Positions 63,980 through 64,000 of a stretch of 64,000 bases of DNA are shown piece by piece. A program made the position numbers and the translations under genes. Source of the DNA: Escherichia phage vB_EcoS_AKFV33. Where the stretch lies: the sequence record NC_017969.1; one strand, given 5' to 3'. The notes under the pieces were generated by a model that saw nothing but the letters and a program-made list of their open reading frames with translations, made no database searches and was not told the origin of the DNA. Position 1 is the stretch's first letter. Every line of letters starts with the position of its first letter.

Positions 63980-64000
63980 TTAATTAGCCACCTGCTGTTA

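Noticed and set aside
1-64000. Integrase, transposase or prophage attachment site
   Set aside because: No tyrosine/serine recombinase or transposase signatures recognised; the only mobile-element-like genes are free-standing HNH/GIY-YIG-type endonucleases, consistent with a lytic phage genome

Overview
The window reads as a contiguous segment of a T5-like siphophage (Tequintavirus-type) genome in three blocks. (1) 1-19.4 kb, minus strand: a tRNA island (about 13-14 tRNA genes) interleaved with small ORFs, then early genes including an SPFH/band-7 protein, a YqeY/GatB-like protein, a secreted SleB-like cell-wall hydrolase, a stand-alone receiver-domain-like protein, a DEDD exonuclease, RNase H, thymidylate synthase, DHFR, class Ia ribonucleotide reductase (nrdB, an HNH-AP2 homing endonuclease, nrdA) and PhoH. 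(2) 19.7-47.7 kb, plus strand: a GIY-YIG (T5orf172)-like protein, anaerobic RNR NrdD, a module of small ORFs with a Sir2-like protein and a HAD phosphatase, a second HNH-AP2 endonuclease, and the replication cluster (large P-loop NTPase, split NAD-dependent DNA ligase, DnaB-like helicase, DnaG-like primase, family A DNA polymerase, SF2 helicase, SSB-like protein, SbcD/SbcC-like nuclease, flap endonuclease, dUTPase). (3) 48.1-64 kb, minus strand: tail genes (collar p140-like, chaperones, tape measure, Dit, baseplate hub, central fibre, collar p132-like) and a two-gene L-shaped tail fibre locus. A very regular family of sigma70-type promoters (TTGCTT/TTGACA, 17-bp spacer, TATAAT, conserved downstream ATTCATAAATT-like box) and hairpin terminators punctuates the sequence; one copy matches the classic T5 PN25 promoter as I remember it. 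All calls rest on reading the sequence and the ORF track by eye, with no database search; tRNA boundaries and identities were folded by hand and are approximate. The most interesting candidates are the Sir2-like module, the secreted hydrolase plus receiver-like pair, several non-canonical tRNA-like genes, long ORF-free transcribed spacers, the split ligase, and the tail-fibre locus, where the first fibre gene is separated from the next ORF by a single in-frame TAA.
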